From: an uncultured Lachnospiraceae bacterium | Lineage (GTDB): Bacteria > Bacillota > Clostridia > Lachnospirales > Lachnospiraceae | Assembly: GCA_902773435.1 (NCBI GenBank) | Contig: CACYEN010000151.1 | Location: 1,195-65,194 of the forward strand | DNA: 64,000 nt | Direction: 5' to 3' | Shown: positions 20,231 through 30,196 of the stretch, one piece after another | Layout: each line of letters opens with the position of its first letter | Numbering within the stretch: position 1 is the first letter of the stretch | Notes under the pieces: generated by a model | Database searches by the model: none | Seen by the model: the letters and a program-made list of their open reading frames with translations, nothing else | What the model was told of the DNA's origin: nothing | Made by a program: the position numbers and the translations under genes

Positions 20231-21226
20231 ATGAAGAAACGGATTTTTGGAACATTTCTTGCCGCCGTCATGGTATTCTCCACCATCGCCGCGGGAGCCG
20301 TCATGGCTGACGAGGAGCTGACGCCGATCGACAACTATCCGGCGAAGTCCCTTCAGATCACGGTTCCGCCCTCAGCCGGCGGCGGCACGGACGTCCTGAT
20401 CAGGGCCCTTACCCCGAAGATGGAAGAATATCTCGGCGTTCCGATCACGGTCGTCAACAAGTCCGGCGGCGGATGCGCGATCGGCTACGCGGCCGGTGCG
20501 GAAGATCCCGCTGACGGATCCTGCATCACAGCCGGTGTCGCGGAGCTTCTCGGCCTTCCGTACACCACAAGCTTTGAGTACACCTATCATGATTTCGTGC
20601 CGATCTGCAACTTCAACTCCTGCTACGGCACGATCTGCGTCCCGAAGAACGCTCCGTACGATACGATCGAAGATTTCGTGAAGTACATGCAGGAGAATCC
20701 GGGAACACGTTTCGCGAATTCCGGAATCGGCGGCCCGTGGCACATCCTCGCGGCTGAGTTCGCGGAAGATATCGGTGCGGAAGTCGTCCATGTCCCGTGC
20801 GACGGCGGCGGCCCGGCTGCCACAGCCTGCGCCGGCGGCAACGTCGAGGCGGTCAACGTCTCCGACGCCGAGGTCAAGACATTTGTCGACTCCGACCTGC
20901 TGAAGATGCTCTTGACCTTCAGCCCGGAGAGACTTGCTCAGTATCCGGACGTCCCGACGGCGAACGAGAAGGGCATCCGCGGCGCTGACGTCGTGGTGTT
21001 CCGCGGATTCCTCGGCCCCAAGGATATGCCTCAGGAAGCGGTCGATGCCGTCGACGCCGCTACGCGCTATGCGCTTGCGGATCCCGGTGTCCAGGAATTC
21101 ATGGCAGCCAACGGGTTCACGAACAACTACATGAACGCGGAAGACTACCTGAAGATGCTCGACGAGATGGATGCCGTCATCGCGGATCAGTGCGAGAAGC
21201 TCGGCCTCGGCAACCAGGACGCGTAA
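20231..21226 (+). CDS. tctC: Tripartite tricarboxylate transporter substrate-binding protein
   Basis: Signal peptide; YPAKSLQITVPPSAGGGTD, VVNKSGGG, PDVPT; AAGGAGG RBS. Confidence 0.93.
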   Translation: MKKRIFGTFLAAVMVFSTIAAGAVMADEELTPIDNYPAKSLQITVPPSAGGGTDVLIRALTPKMEEYLGVPITVVNKSGGGCAIGYAAGAEDPADGSCITAGVAELLGLPYTTSFEYTYHDFVPICNFNSCYGTICVPKNAPYDTIEDFVKYMQENPGTRFANSGIGGPWHILAAEFAEDIGAEVVHVPCDGGGPAATACAGGNVEAVNVSDAEVKTFVDSDLLKMLLTFSPERLAQYPDVPTANEKGIRGADVVVFRGFLGPKDMPQEAVDAVDAATRYALADPGVQEFMAANGFTNNYMNAEDYLKMLDEMDAVIADQCEKLGLGNQDA

Positions 21227-21259
21227 AGAAGCTGCGAATTACATAAACACTTAACGAAC

Positions 21260-21344
21260 GGGCTTTCGCGCCGGTTGGTCAGCGAATAACAACAGACAGA
21301 CTGGTTATTCGGGGTATGATTGCCAGGCGCGAAAGCCCTTTTTT
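21260..21344 (+). terminator. Long stem-loop with U-tract between tctC and tctB
   Basis: GGGCTTTCGCGCC (21260-72) pairs GGCGCGAAAGCCC (21326-38), then TTTTTT; inner stem CGAATAAC/GTTATTCG. Confidence 0.6.
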
Positions 21345-21443
21345 AACGCTTTCCGATAAAAGGCCCGGGCTTTCCGAAGAGCCCGGCGGCTGGAAGTGAG
21401 TGGCTCCGCGGCGCGCAAAGGCAGCGGAGATTGGAGAACGACT

Positions 21444-21929
21444 ATGAAAATTATTTCCGACGTGATATCGCTTATATTCATTGCCATAGCGGCGACATTT
21501 TTCGGGATAGCGGGAGGATTCCCGGAGGGCTCCGACGGAGCCACGGGCCCCGGCTGGTTTCCCCGGATCATGTGCGTGATTATCATCGTGCTCAGCGTCA
21601 TCAACCTGGTGACGACGCATCTCAGGTACCGCGTCTCGACGGATGAGGAGAAAGAAGCGGACCGCGCGGTCGCGCGCCGCCTGGTATCGAAGGACAACAC
21701 GATCGTGTGGGTTTCGGTTGTCGCGACGCTTCTCTACATGATCGGAATCGAGCGCATCGGCTTTGTGGTCAGCTCGATCGCGTATATGCTGATCATGAGT
21801 CTCTATTACAAGGTTCCGAAGATTACGAAGGTGGGGACCGTGGTGATTCCGCTGGCGGTGACCGGCGTGCTCTACTATGTGTTTACGAACCTTCTTCATG
21901 TGGTGCTCCCCAGAGGGATTCTCATCTGA
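21444..21929 (+). CDS. tctB: TTT small permease
   Basis: Several TM helices, GPGWFP, C-terminal LHVVLPRG. Confidence 0.88.
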   Translation: MKIISDVISLIFIAIAATFFGIAGGFPEGSDGATGPGWFPRIMCVIIIVLSVINLVTTHLRYRVSTDEEKEADRAVARRLVSKDNTIVWVSVVATLLYMIGIERIGFVVSSIAYMLIMSLYYKVPKITKVGTVVIPLAVTGVLYYVFTNLLHVVLPRGILI

Positions 21930-21961
21930 GGATGAACTGCTAACTGAAAGGATGGAATACT

Positions 21962-23455
21962 ATGCTTGATATTATATCTAACCTTTTCCAGCCGGCCGTC
22001 CTTCTGAGCACGCTGGGCGGCGTGGTGATGGGCATCGCTTTCGGCGCCATGCCGGGCCTCACGTCCACGATGGGCGTGTGCCTCCTGATGCCCCTGACCT
22101 TCGGCATGGACGCGGCCCCGGGCCTCCTGATGCTCATCGGCATCTTCTGCGGTGCCCTGTACGGAGGTTCCATTACGGCCTGTCTGATCAATACGCCCGG
22201 CACGCCGAGTGCCGCGGCGACGGTTCTCGACGGGTACCCGATGACGCTCCGCGGCGAAGCCGGCCGCGCGCTCGGGATCTCCACGGTGTCCTCGTTCGGC
22301 GGCGGCATCATCTCCGGCGTCATCATGATCCTGATCGCCCAGAGGCTGGCAATGATCTCGCTTCGCTTCAGTGCCCCGGAAACTTTCGCGCTCGCGTTCT
22401 TCGGCCTCTCGATCATCGCTTCCATAAGCGGAAAGAACCTGGTCAAGGGCCTCATGGCGGGCTGCATGGGCATCCTGCTCTCGATGATCGGTATTGACAA
22501 CATCACCGCGTTCTCGCGGTTCAACTTCGGTTCGGTCTTCCTGATGAAGGGCCTCTCCTTCATCCCGGTCCTGGTCGGCCTCTTCGCCCTGAGCCAGTGC
22601 TTCATCACCTGCGAGGAGCTCTACGTGGAGCGCCCGAAGCCGAAGAAGACGAGAAACCCGATCCCCAGCAAGGCGGACCTCAAGAGGATCATTCCGACGA
22701 TCATCCGCGGCGGACTGACCGGAACCTTCATCGGCATCATCCCCGGCGCGGGCGGCGACATCAGCGCGTTCATCTCCTACGACATGGAGCGCAGGTTCTC
22801 CAAGCACCCGGAGAAGTTCGGAACGGGTCTTCCCGAGGCGATCGCGGCACCGGAATCTTCCAACAACGGAACGACCGGCGGCGCTCTGATCCCGCTTCTG
22901 ACACTCGGTATCCCGGGTGACGCGAACACGGCGATCATGCTCGGCGCGCTTCAGATGCACAACATGACGCCGGGCCCGTCCCTCTTCCTGACGAAACTCG
23001 CCGACGTGCACACGATCTTCGCGGGATTCATGCTCGCGAACGTCTTCGTCCTTGCGCTCGGCCTGCTCGGCCAGGGCATGTTCGTCAAGATCGTGTCCAT
23101 CCCGAAGCGCATCCTGGTCCCGGTGATCATGGTCATGTGCGCGGTGGGCTCGTTCTCCATCAACAACAACTTCGCCGACGTGCTCGTGATGTTCATAGCC
23201 GGTGTGGTCGGATATTTCCTGACCAAGGGCGGATTCCCGCTGTCGCCGATCGTGCTCGCCCTGATCCTCGGGCAGATGTGCGAGGGCAATTTCCGGAGAA
23301 GCCTCGTCATGAGCAAGGGCAGCTACGCAATCTTCTTCCAGAGGCCGATCTGCGCCATGTTCCTGATCCTTGGAACCGCCGCGATCATCTGGCCGCTCGT
23401 GAAGGGGGTGAGAGGATACTTTAAGGAACAGAAAGGGGGAGGAGCGGCCGCATGA
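21962..23455 (+). CDS. tctA: TTT large permease
   Basis: GAMPGL, YGGSITACLINTPGTPS, AAPESSNN, LTLGIPG. Confidence 0.95.
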   Translation: MLDIISNLFQPAVLLSTLGGVVMGIAFGAMPGLTSTMGVCLLMPLTFGMDAAPGLLMLIGIFCGALYGGSITACLINTPGTPSAAATVLDGYPMTLRGEAGRALGISTVSSFGGGIISGVIMILIAQRLAMISLRFSAPETFALAFFGLSIIASISGKNLVKGLMAGCMGILLSMIGIDNITAFSRFNFGSVFLMKGLSFIPVLVGLFALSQCFITCEELYVERPKPKKTRNPIPSKADLKRIIPTIIRGGLTGTFIGIIPGAGGDISAFISYDMERRFSKHPEKFGTGLPEAIAAPESSNNGTTGGALIPLLTLGIPGDANTAIMLGALQMHNMTPGPSLFLTKLADVHTIFAGFMLANVFVLALGLLGQGMFVKIVSIPKRILVPVIMVMCAVGSFSINNNFADVLVMFIAGVVGYFLTKGGFPLSPIVLALILGQMCEGNFRRSLVMSKGSYAIFFQRPICAMFLILGTAAIIWPLVKGVRGYFKEQKGGGAAA

Positions 23456-24411
23456 TGACGATTCTTTTCAGCCACAACATTCCCGAGGAATATTATCGGG
23501 AATACACGAAGGACATGAAAGTGATCAAGCCGGCGGAGCCTCTGGCGTCGTGGCCGAGAGAAGAGATCATGAAACTCCTTCCCGAGGCGGACATCCTGAT
23601 TACGATCATGGATTATCCCGCCGACAGGGAGATGATTGACGCCGCGCCGAACCTGAAAGTGATCGGCAACCAGGGCTCGGGCACCGACAAGATCGCCGTC
23701 TCCTACGCGAAGGAGAAGGGCATCGCGGTCGTCAACGCCCCGAGGGCTGTCATCGACGCGACGAGCGAGATGACGGTCGCCCTCATGATGGCGGTCTGCC
23801 GCGGCGTCGTGCGGTACGACAGGGATCTCAGGAGAACACGCGTCATGGAGCGCCCGCTCTATTTCGACGGGGACATGGCCCTCTACAACAAGACGCTCGG
23901 CGTGGTCGGAATGGGCCGGATCGGCTATGAGGTCGCGAGGAAGGCCCACGGGCTCGGCATGAAGATCATCTACACGGATATGTTTGAACTTCCGGAGGAG
24001 AGAGCCGCGGCTCTCGGCGGCGCGGAGAAGATGGAACTCGACGAACTTCTCGGAGCGGCCGACGTCGTGACGCTGCACATGCCGCTCACGCCGGAGAACG
24101 TTCACCTCTTCGACGAAAGCAAGTTTAACCTCATGAAGCCGACCGCCTATCTCGTCAACGCGGCGAGAGGCCCGATCGTCGAGGAAAAAGCCCTGGTCAA
24201 AGCGCTCAGGGAGCACAGGATCAAGGGCGCGGCGCTCGACGTGCACGAATTCGAGCCCAACCTCTCGGCGGAGGTCGCGGAGCTCGACAACATCGTCGTG
24301 ACGCCCCACTGCTGCACGAACCTCACGTCGGAGCGCGTGCGGCTCCTGCATGAGACGCTGGACGGCGTGAGCGCGGTCCTGCGGGGCGAGAAGCCCTACA
24401 ACCAGCTTTAA
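23452..24411 (+). CDS. D-isomer-specific 2-hydroxyacid dehydrogenase
   Basis: GVVGMGRIG, LVNAARGPIV, AALDVHEFEP, VTPH; ATGA overlap with tctA. Confidence 0.93.
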   Translation: MMTILFSHNIPEEYYREYTKDMKVIKPAEPLASWPREEIMKLLPEADILITIMDYPADREMIDAAPNLKVIGNQGSGTDKIAVSYAKEKGIAVVNAPRAVIDATSEMTVALMMAVCRGVVRYDRDLRRTRVMERPLYFDGDMALYNKTLGVVGMGRIGYEVARKAHGLGMKIIYTDMFELPEERAAALGGAEKMELDELLGAADVVTLHMPLTPENVHLFDESKFNLMKPTAYLVNAARGPIVEEKALVKALREHRIKGAALDVHEFEPNLSAEVAELDNIVVTPHCCTNLTSERVRLLHETLDGVSAVLRGEKPYNQL

Positions 24412-24429
24412 TTTAAGCGGAACGGAGAA

Positions 24430-25473
24430 ATGAAGATGAAGGCTGAAAAGCGGATACTGATAGAGTCGATGCCCGGACTTTACGCGGTCGGCACCGCGAC
24501 GCTGGGCGGAGAACCCTTCTATATCGCCGCGTCTGAGCTGAGAGGCGGATCAGCTGCCGTCATCAGCTGCGGGTCCGGCGATGTGAGCGAGATCACGGGG
24601 GGGCAAGGGGGCGTCATGGGGATCATGGGCTCAGTCAACGAGAACTGCCTCCTCAGCATAGAGGAGTTCTACCAGGGCTTTGACGCCCCCCACTCAAAGA
24701 TTGTGGAGATTCAGCTGGAGAAGAAGGACGGGAAGTGGCAGACCGCCTCCAGGCGGCAGCTCGCCGAGGTTCCCTACCTTCATCGCCTCGGCGTCCTGGA
24801 GGAGCCGGACGGCTGCTTCCTTGCGTGCGGAAAGCTCTGCGTGAAGAAGGACTACACGGATGACTGGTCGAGCGGCGGAACGCTTGAGATGCTGAGTTTC
24901 GACGGAAATGAAGTCACCGCGAGGGAGACGATCCACGAGGGACTCTTCAAGCATCACGCGATGCTGATCGAGAAGGACAGCGCGGGAGACATCCTCTACT
25001 TCGGCGGAACAGAAGGCCTGTTCTCCGCCGTCAGGGAGAACGGGTCCTGGAAAGTCAGCAGGCTCCTCGATGTCCCGACGAGCGAGATCGTCTACACGGA
25101 TCTCGACGGCGACGGGAAGAGAGAGATCGCGATCGTGGAGGAGTTCCACGGCGACCGTCTCGCGGTCTTTAAGGACCGCGGCAGCGGATATGAGCGGGCC
25201 ATGGAGTTCCCGATGGTGCTCGGCCACGCCCTGTGGGGCGGCAGGATTGCCGGAAGGACGGCCCTCGTCTCGGGGAGCCGGGACGGCGTCGGCGACCTGA
25301 CGGTGCGCGAATTCAGGACGGATGAGGGGGGCTCCCTTGTCCTTGAATCCGAGTTCGCGGTGGACAAGGGGATAGGGCCCTCCCAGATCGCGGTGCGTGA
25401 TCTCGGAGATCACGCGGAGATCCTGACGGCGTGCTACCTCCTCGGCCGGCTCGCGATCTACACGCTGAGTTGA
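24430..25473 (+). CDS. Uncharacterised beta-propeller-like protein with FG-GAP/VCBS-type motif (paralog 1)
   Basis: Beta-strand-rich, DLDGDGKREI motif, no signal peptide; clear paralog at 38400-39440. Confidence 0.75.
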   Translation: MKMKAEKRILIESMPGLYAVGTATLGGEPFYIAASELRGGSAAVISCGSGDVSEITGGQGGVMGIMGSVNENCLLSIEEFYQGFDAPHSKIVEIQLEKKDGKWQTASRRQLAEVPYLHRLGVLEEPDGCFLACGKLCVKKDYTDDWSSGGTLEMLSFDGNEVTARETIHEGLFKHHAMLIEKDSAGDILYFGGTEGLFSAVRENGSWKVSRLLDVPTSEIVYTDLDGDGKREIAIVEEFHGDRLAVFKDRGSGYERAMEFPMVLGHALWGGRIAGRTALVSGSRDGVGDLTVREFRTDEGGSLVLESEFAVDKGIGPSQIAVRDLGDHAEILTACYLLGRLAIYTLS

Positions 25474-25557
25474 CGGGAGAAGCGGGAAACTGTCCCGGCC
25501 GCACCCAGTCCCCTGGCGGACGGGCGCGGAGGCCCGCGGAAAAGACTGAAGAAACGA

Positions 25558-25604
25558 GAAAAAAGACGCGGAAGAGGCGGCCTCCCGGCCGCCTCTTCCG
25601 TGTC
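25558..25604 (-). terminator. Terminator between the convergent beta-propeller gene and araC
   Basis: GACGCGGAAGAGGCGGCC-TCCC-GGCCGCCTCTTCCGTGTC with A-run on the left (U-tract for minus strand). Confidence 0.75.
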
Positions 25605-25665
25605 TGCGCCGTATTCGTATTCAATCCGCGCTGCCGGCTGCCGTATGGGCCGGCCTTATCTCTCT

Positions 25666-26547
25666 CTACTGCCGGCCCTCGTTCCGGTCCGTGGCCCGGT
25701 ACATCTTCCGGAACTCGTTCGGCGTCGAACCTGCGATCTGCCGGAACATCCTCGTGAAGGACGCATGGCTTGAGAAGCCGGACAGATACGCGACCTCCAT
25801 GATGGTGTAGCGCTCGGAGATCAGGAGCTCCTTGGCGTAGGCGATGCGCTTCTGGCTCAGGTACTTGTAGAAGCTGGTGTTTGTGACCTGGCGGAAAAGC
25901 CTCGTGAAGTGGTATTTGCTGAAGCCCGCGACGGCCGCCGCGTCCTCGAGCGTCAGGTCCTCGGAGAAGTGCGCGTTGATGTAGCTGCAGGCCGCCTTGA
26001 TCTTGTCGAGATATTCTTTCTGCTTGTTCTCGGTCGCCTCGATGTTCTTCTGGGCGTTCTCGGAGATGTCGCGTCCGATCAGGACCAGCATTTCCAGAAA
26101 CGAGGAGTAGATGGAGGATTCGAAATAGGGGGTGCCCTCCATGTAGTCGTCCCTGATCTTCAGCATCAGATCCCGGACCCGCTCGTGGATGGCGGGGTGG
26201 GTCTCATCCGTGATGAGGAGGGCAGGACTGATCATCGCGGTCAGCGTGTCGAGCTCCTGCATGGCGAGAGGAGCGATGGAGGGCTGGAAGATGATCCGGG
26301 TTCCCACGGGAGGAGCGAAGAGCTCGTGCATGGTGCCGGGGCAGATGACGAGGATGTCGTTCCTGTTCAGATGATATTCGTCGTCGATGCAGATGGCCCG
26401 GTAATCCCCGTCGGTCGGCATGATAATCTCGAACGGCGTGTGCCAGTGCGGGGGATAGTCCTCGTATTCGTTGTTGTTGTAGAGCCTCACCTGCGTGTCT
26501 TTCCGGTAATTGACGGTCTCATGGAGACCGGACAGGTTTTCGATCAT
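25666..26547 (-). CDS. AraC-family regulator (cupin + HTH)
   Basis: PPHWHTPFEII cupin; AGFSKYHFTRLF, GFSSHASFTRMFRQIAGSTPNEFR. Confidence 0.95.
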   Translation of the reverse strand: MIENLSGLHETVNYRKDTQVRLYNNNEYEDYPPHWHTPFEIIMPTDGDYRAICIDDEYHLNRNDILVICPGTMHELFAPPVGTRIIFQPSIAPLAMQELDTLTAMISPALLITDETHPAIHERVRDLMLKIRDDYMEGTPYFESSIYSSFLEMLVLIGRDISENAQKNIEATENKQKEYLDKIKAACSYINAHFSEDLTLEDAAAVAGFSKYHFTRLFRQVTNTSFYKYLSQKRIAYAKELLISERYTIMEVAYLSGFSSHASFTRMFRQIAGSTPNEFRKMYRATDRNEGRQ

Positions 26548-26746
26548 AGGCGGCCGTCCCTCCTGATGTCAAATCGGCATGAAAAGTTGCTACGATATCT
26601 GTCATGAAACTATAGCAGAAAGGGCAAAAATGTGCAAATGTTTTTGAGGAAACACGCTAAAACCGGACGAAGCCCTGTGAATAATATACAAAAATTGCAA
26701 ATAGAAGTTGTGAAACTGTGACATATGACGAAATGTCGCTCAAAAA

Positions 26747-26812
26747 AATCGCAATAATTTAAACAGAATTAGCAATATTTGTGAAGAAAAGATGTTGCCC
26801 GTCTGCTATTCT
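26747..26812 (+). promoter_or_regulatory. Extended -10 promoter with AraC-type direct repeats
   Basis: GCAATA at 26751 and 26772 (21 bp period) next to the -35 region; TGcTATTCT at 26804-26812. Confidence 0.5.
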
Positions 26813-26857
26813 TTTGTCATCGTAGCTCGAAAACACATTTTTGCCAGGAGGTAGAAA

Positions 26858-28144
26858 ATGAAAGGAAAGAAATTACTGTCAGTTCTTCTTGCAGGCGCCA
26901 TGCTTGCGACTACAGTCTTCGGCGCTGCTGCCGTAACGGCGGACGAGGGCGAAGTCCAGGAGATCACCTGGATGTTCTGGGATGACCTCGATGCGACGAC
27001 GGATAACATCTCGCTCGGCTACAAGGATGTCATCGAGCGCTTCAACGCCGACTACGAAGGCCAGTATCACGTAACACCGATCACCACGAACCTTGAAGAG
27101 TACTATCCGGCCCTGAACGGCAAGATCGGCACGCCGGAAGAACCGGATGTCTACATCGTCAGCCCCGGCCCGAACCTTGATGTCTATGTACTTCCGGGTG
27201 ACGCGGCTCCGCTCGATGAGTATCTCGCGGACGGCTGGAAAGATACGTTCGCCGGCGACAGCGTCTTCTCACAGCAGACCTATGACGGCAAGATCTACGC
27301 GATCCCGCTCAACATCGCTGCGGCCTGCGTGTTCTACAACAAGGAGATGTTCGAGGATGCGGGCGCCGAAGTCCCGACGACTTTCGACGAGCTGCTTGAC
27401 GCCTGCCAGAAGCTGCAGGATGCCGGATATACACCGATCACGATCAGTGCCGGAACCGCGTGGTGCCTCTCCATGCTGGCAGGATATCTCTGCGACAGAG
27501 AAGGCGTGGACCTCGAAAAGCTTGCGACCGGCGAAGAGAGCTGGGTCAACGACAAGACTCTGGCTGCCGGCGAGAAGCTCCTTGAGCTCTCCAAGTACTT
27601 CCAGGAGACAGCCGCGAGCGACTCCAACGATGTCGCGACAGCTGCCCTCTATGATGAAGAAGCTGCTATCCTCATCCAGGGATCCTGGGCGATCGGCCAG
27701 ATGAACGGCGCGAACCCGGATTTCGAGGAGAAGTGCGGCGTGTTCCAGTTCCCGGCTATCGAGGGCGGAAATGACCCGAACAGAGTCATCGCGAAGTCCG
27801 ACTCCCTTGCCATGAGCGTCCGTACAGAGTATCCGGAAGCCTGCATCGCCCTGATGAAGTACTTCACGGATGACACGGCCCAGAGATATACCGCTGAAGT
27901 CGGCGGAAAGATCCCGGTCACGAACGTTGAGTATGATGCCTCCGTCGCTCCGGCCCAGCTGGCAGACGTCATGGAAATCTTCAGCAACGCGAGCAGCACG
28001 TTCGGATTCTACAATGAGTCCCTGGCCACGACAGAAGCCGGCGCGTTCTTCGATGACGCGATGGTCTCCATGTTCCTTGGCAAGATGACTCCGGAAGAAG
28101 CTTTCCAGTCCATCGAAGACTGGTATGCGGAAAACGTAAGATAA
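26858..28144 (+). CDS. Carbohydrate ABC transporter substrate-binding protein (family 1)
   Basis: Signal peptide; DGKIYAIP, FYNKEMFEDAG..PTTFDEL, QGSW. Confidence 0.93.
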   Translation: MKGKKLLSVLLAGAMLATTVFGAAAVTADEGEVQEITWMFWDDLDATTDNISLGYKDVIERFNADYEGQYHVTPITTNLEEYYPALNGKIGTPEEPDVYIVSPGPNLDVYVLPGDAAPLDEYLADGWKDTFAGDSVFSQQTYDGKIYAIPLNIAAACVFYNKEMFEDAGAEVPTTFDELLDACQKLQDAGYTPITISAGTAWCLSMLAGYLCDREGVDLEKLATGEESWVNDKTLAAGEKLLELSKYFQETAASDSNDVATAALYDEEAAILIQGSWAIGQMNGANPDFEEKCGVFQFPAIEGGNDPNRVIAKSDSLAMSVRTEYPEACIALMKYFTDDTAQRYTAEVGGKIPVTNVEYDASVAPAQLADVMEIFSNASSTFGFYNESLATTEAGAFFDDAMVSMFLGKMTPEEAFQSIEDWYAENVR

Positions 28145-28162
28145 GCGCTGCGGCGTCTTGCA

Positions 28163-28195
28163 GGCGGGATCGTCGTTGATGATCCCGCCACTTTT
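28163..28195 (+). terminator. Stem-loop after the binding-protein gene
   Basis: GGCGGGATCGTC-GTT-GATGATCCCGCC-ACTTTT. Confidence 0.6.
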
Positions 28196-28253
28196 ATTCG
28201 GTAAAGCCCTCTTTTCGGGAATCCTGTTTCGGAAATACCTGTGAGGATTGTAT

Positions 28254-29144
28254 ATGAACAAGTTGTTGAAAAACAAACTAGCGATTTTTATCTTTGCCGC
28301 CCCTGCGCTGATTCTCTTTACGGCGGTCCTGTTTGTTCCGATCTGTACATCGATCTACTACTCCTTCTGTAACTATTCGATTGAGACTAAAGCCTACACA
28401 TTTATCGGTCTCAAGAATTATACGGATCTCTGGAAAGATCCGGTCATGCGCACTTCGATAAAGAACTCGCTCTTCTTCCTCGTGTTCTCCTGCGTATCGC
28501 AGCTGATCATGGGACTTCTGCTGGCCGGACTTCTTACAAATATCAAGAAGGGAAGGAACCTCTTCAAGAATATCATCTACCTTCCCTGCGTGCTCTCGTC
28601 TGCCGCCCTCGGTCTTCTGTGGATGTTCATCTTCAGCGAGAAGCTCGGCATCAACAACCTTCTCAAGCAGATCGGCATCAAGGGGCCGCTCTGGATGTCT
28701 GACATCAGGGGCTTCATCATCCTGCCGATGTGGGTTGTCGGCTTCGTAGCCCTATGGCAGTACGTCGGGCAGTCCATGATGCTCTACATGGCCCAGATCT
28801 CCGGCATCGACAAGTCCCTCTACGAGGCGTCCTATATCGACGGGTGTTCGAAGGTTCAGTCGTTCCGCTATATCACGCTTCCGCTGATCAAACCCATGGT
28901 CGGCACCGCGATGAGCCTCAACGCGATCGGCTCGCTGAAATTCTTCGACCTGATCTTCAACATGACCGATGAGAACGCCCTCAACCACGAACTCGACGTC
29001 CTCGCGACCCATCTGTACCGCCAGGGCTTCAAGTTCAACAAGTACGGGTACGCCAGCGCGATCGGCGTCGTGCTGATCGTCCTCTGCCTGATCGCGACCG
29101 GTATCATCAACAGAGTTTTCAAGACTGACACATACGAGATGTGA
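28254..29144 (+). CDS. Carbohydrate ABC permease
   Basis: FIGLKNY; EAA-loop LYEASYIDGC. Confidence 0.95.
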   Translation: MNKLLKNKLAIFIFAAPALILFTAVLFVPICTSIYYSFCNYSIETKAYTFIGLKNYTDLWKDPVMRTSIKNSLFFLVFSCVSQLIMGLLLAGLLTNIKKGRNLFKNIIYLPCVLSSAALGLLWMFIFSEKLGINNLLKQIGIKGPLWMSDIRGFIILPMWVVGFVALWQYVGQSMMLYMAQISGIDKSLYEASYIDGCSKVQSFRYITLPLIKPMVGTAMSLNAIGSLKFFDLIFNMTDENALNHELDVLATHLYRQGFKFNKYGYASAIGVVLIVLCLIATGIINRVFKTDTYEM

Positions 29145-29158
29145 GAAAGGAGAATGGT

Positions 29159-29998
29159 ATGACTGCGAATAAGAAAAAAGTCGGTGTGCCGACCATTCTC
29201 ATCTACGTCTTCTTCTGCGTGATGTCGGTGATCTACCTGGCCCCGATCGTCTGGGTCGTGGTTTCCTCCCTGAAGACGAGATCGGAGCTGATCAAGAAGC
29301 CGTTCGCGCTCCCCGAGGTCGCCCAGTTTGAAAACTATGTATTTGCCTGGACCAAGGGTAAACTCGGAGTCGCGATGCTGAACTCCTTCCTGGTCTGCCT
29401 CGTGACGCTGATCCTCACGATGCTCGTCGGATCCATGGCGGCGTTCGCGATCGGGAAGATGCGCTGGAAGCTTTCCGGTCTGGCCATGACCTACATCCTG
29501 ATCGGCATGATGATTCCGGTCCACTGCGTGCTGATTCCTCTCTACCAGAGGTTTTCCGCGGTTCATCTGGCGAATAACCTGGTCGGACTGATCATCCCAT
29601 ACCTGACGTTCTCGCTGCCGGTGACCATCTTCATCATGTCAGGCTTTTTCCGGAGCATACCGAACGAGCTGTTTGAATCCGCCTGTATCGACGGGTGCAC
29701 GATCTACAAGATGTTCTGGACGATCGCGCTTCCGCTTTCGAGAACGGGACTCTTTGTCACCGGCCTCATGACGTTTATCAACAACTGGAACGAGCTGCTT
29801 CTCGCGATGGTCTTCATCACGGACGACATGAAGAAGACGCTTCCGGTGTCGCTGTCCAAGTTCGTCGGACCGTACCAGACGAATTACCATCAGATGTTCG
29901 CGGCGATCGTGATCGCGATCATCCCGACGATCATCGTCTATTCGGCCTTCAGCAACCAGATTGTCGACGGACTGACGCAGGGCGCGGTGAAGGGCTGA
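29159..29998 (+). CDS. Carbohydrate ABC permease
   Basis: IPNELFESACIDGC, NNWNE, GLTQGAVKG. Confidence 0.95.
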   Translation: MTANKKKVGVPTILIYVFFCVMSVIYLAPIVWVVVSSLKTRSELIKKPFALPEVAQFENYVFAWTKGKLGVAMLNSFLVCLVTLILTMLVGSMAAFAIGKMRWKLSGLAMTYILIGMMIPVHCVLIPLYQRFSAVHLANNLVGLIIPYLTFSLPVTIFIMSGFFRSIPNELFESACIDGCTIYKMFWTIALPLSRTGLFVTGLMTFINNWNELLLAMVFITDDMKKTLPVSLSKFVGPYQTNYHQMFAAIVIAIIPTIIVYSAFSNQIVDGLTQGAVKG

Positions 29999-30030
29999 CA
30001 ATACAGGCTGAGGAAGTATGAACTGATATG

Positions 30031-30059
30031 GGGAGGCATCAGTATGCCTCCCTTATTTT
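30031..30059 (+). terminator. Intrinsic terminator after the ABC permeases
   Basis: GGGAGGCAT-CAGT-ATGCCTCCC-TTATTTT. Confidence 0.7.
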
Positions 30060-30196
30060 ATGAAAAGTTTCGCGGGAACTCTGAGGAGCCGGAGCGGCGC
30101 GGGAGCCGCATCGCAATTTCCCGGTGACCGCGCCGGCGGCCATGAGAGTACGCATCATCGGAAAATGGCGGAAAAGAAAAAGAAAGGGAGGCAGGC

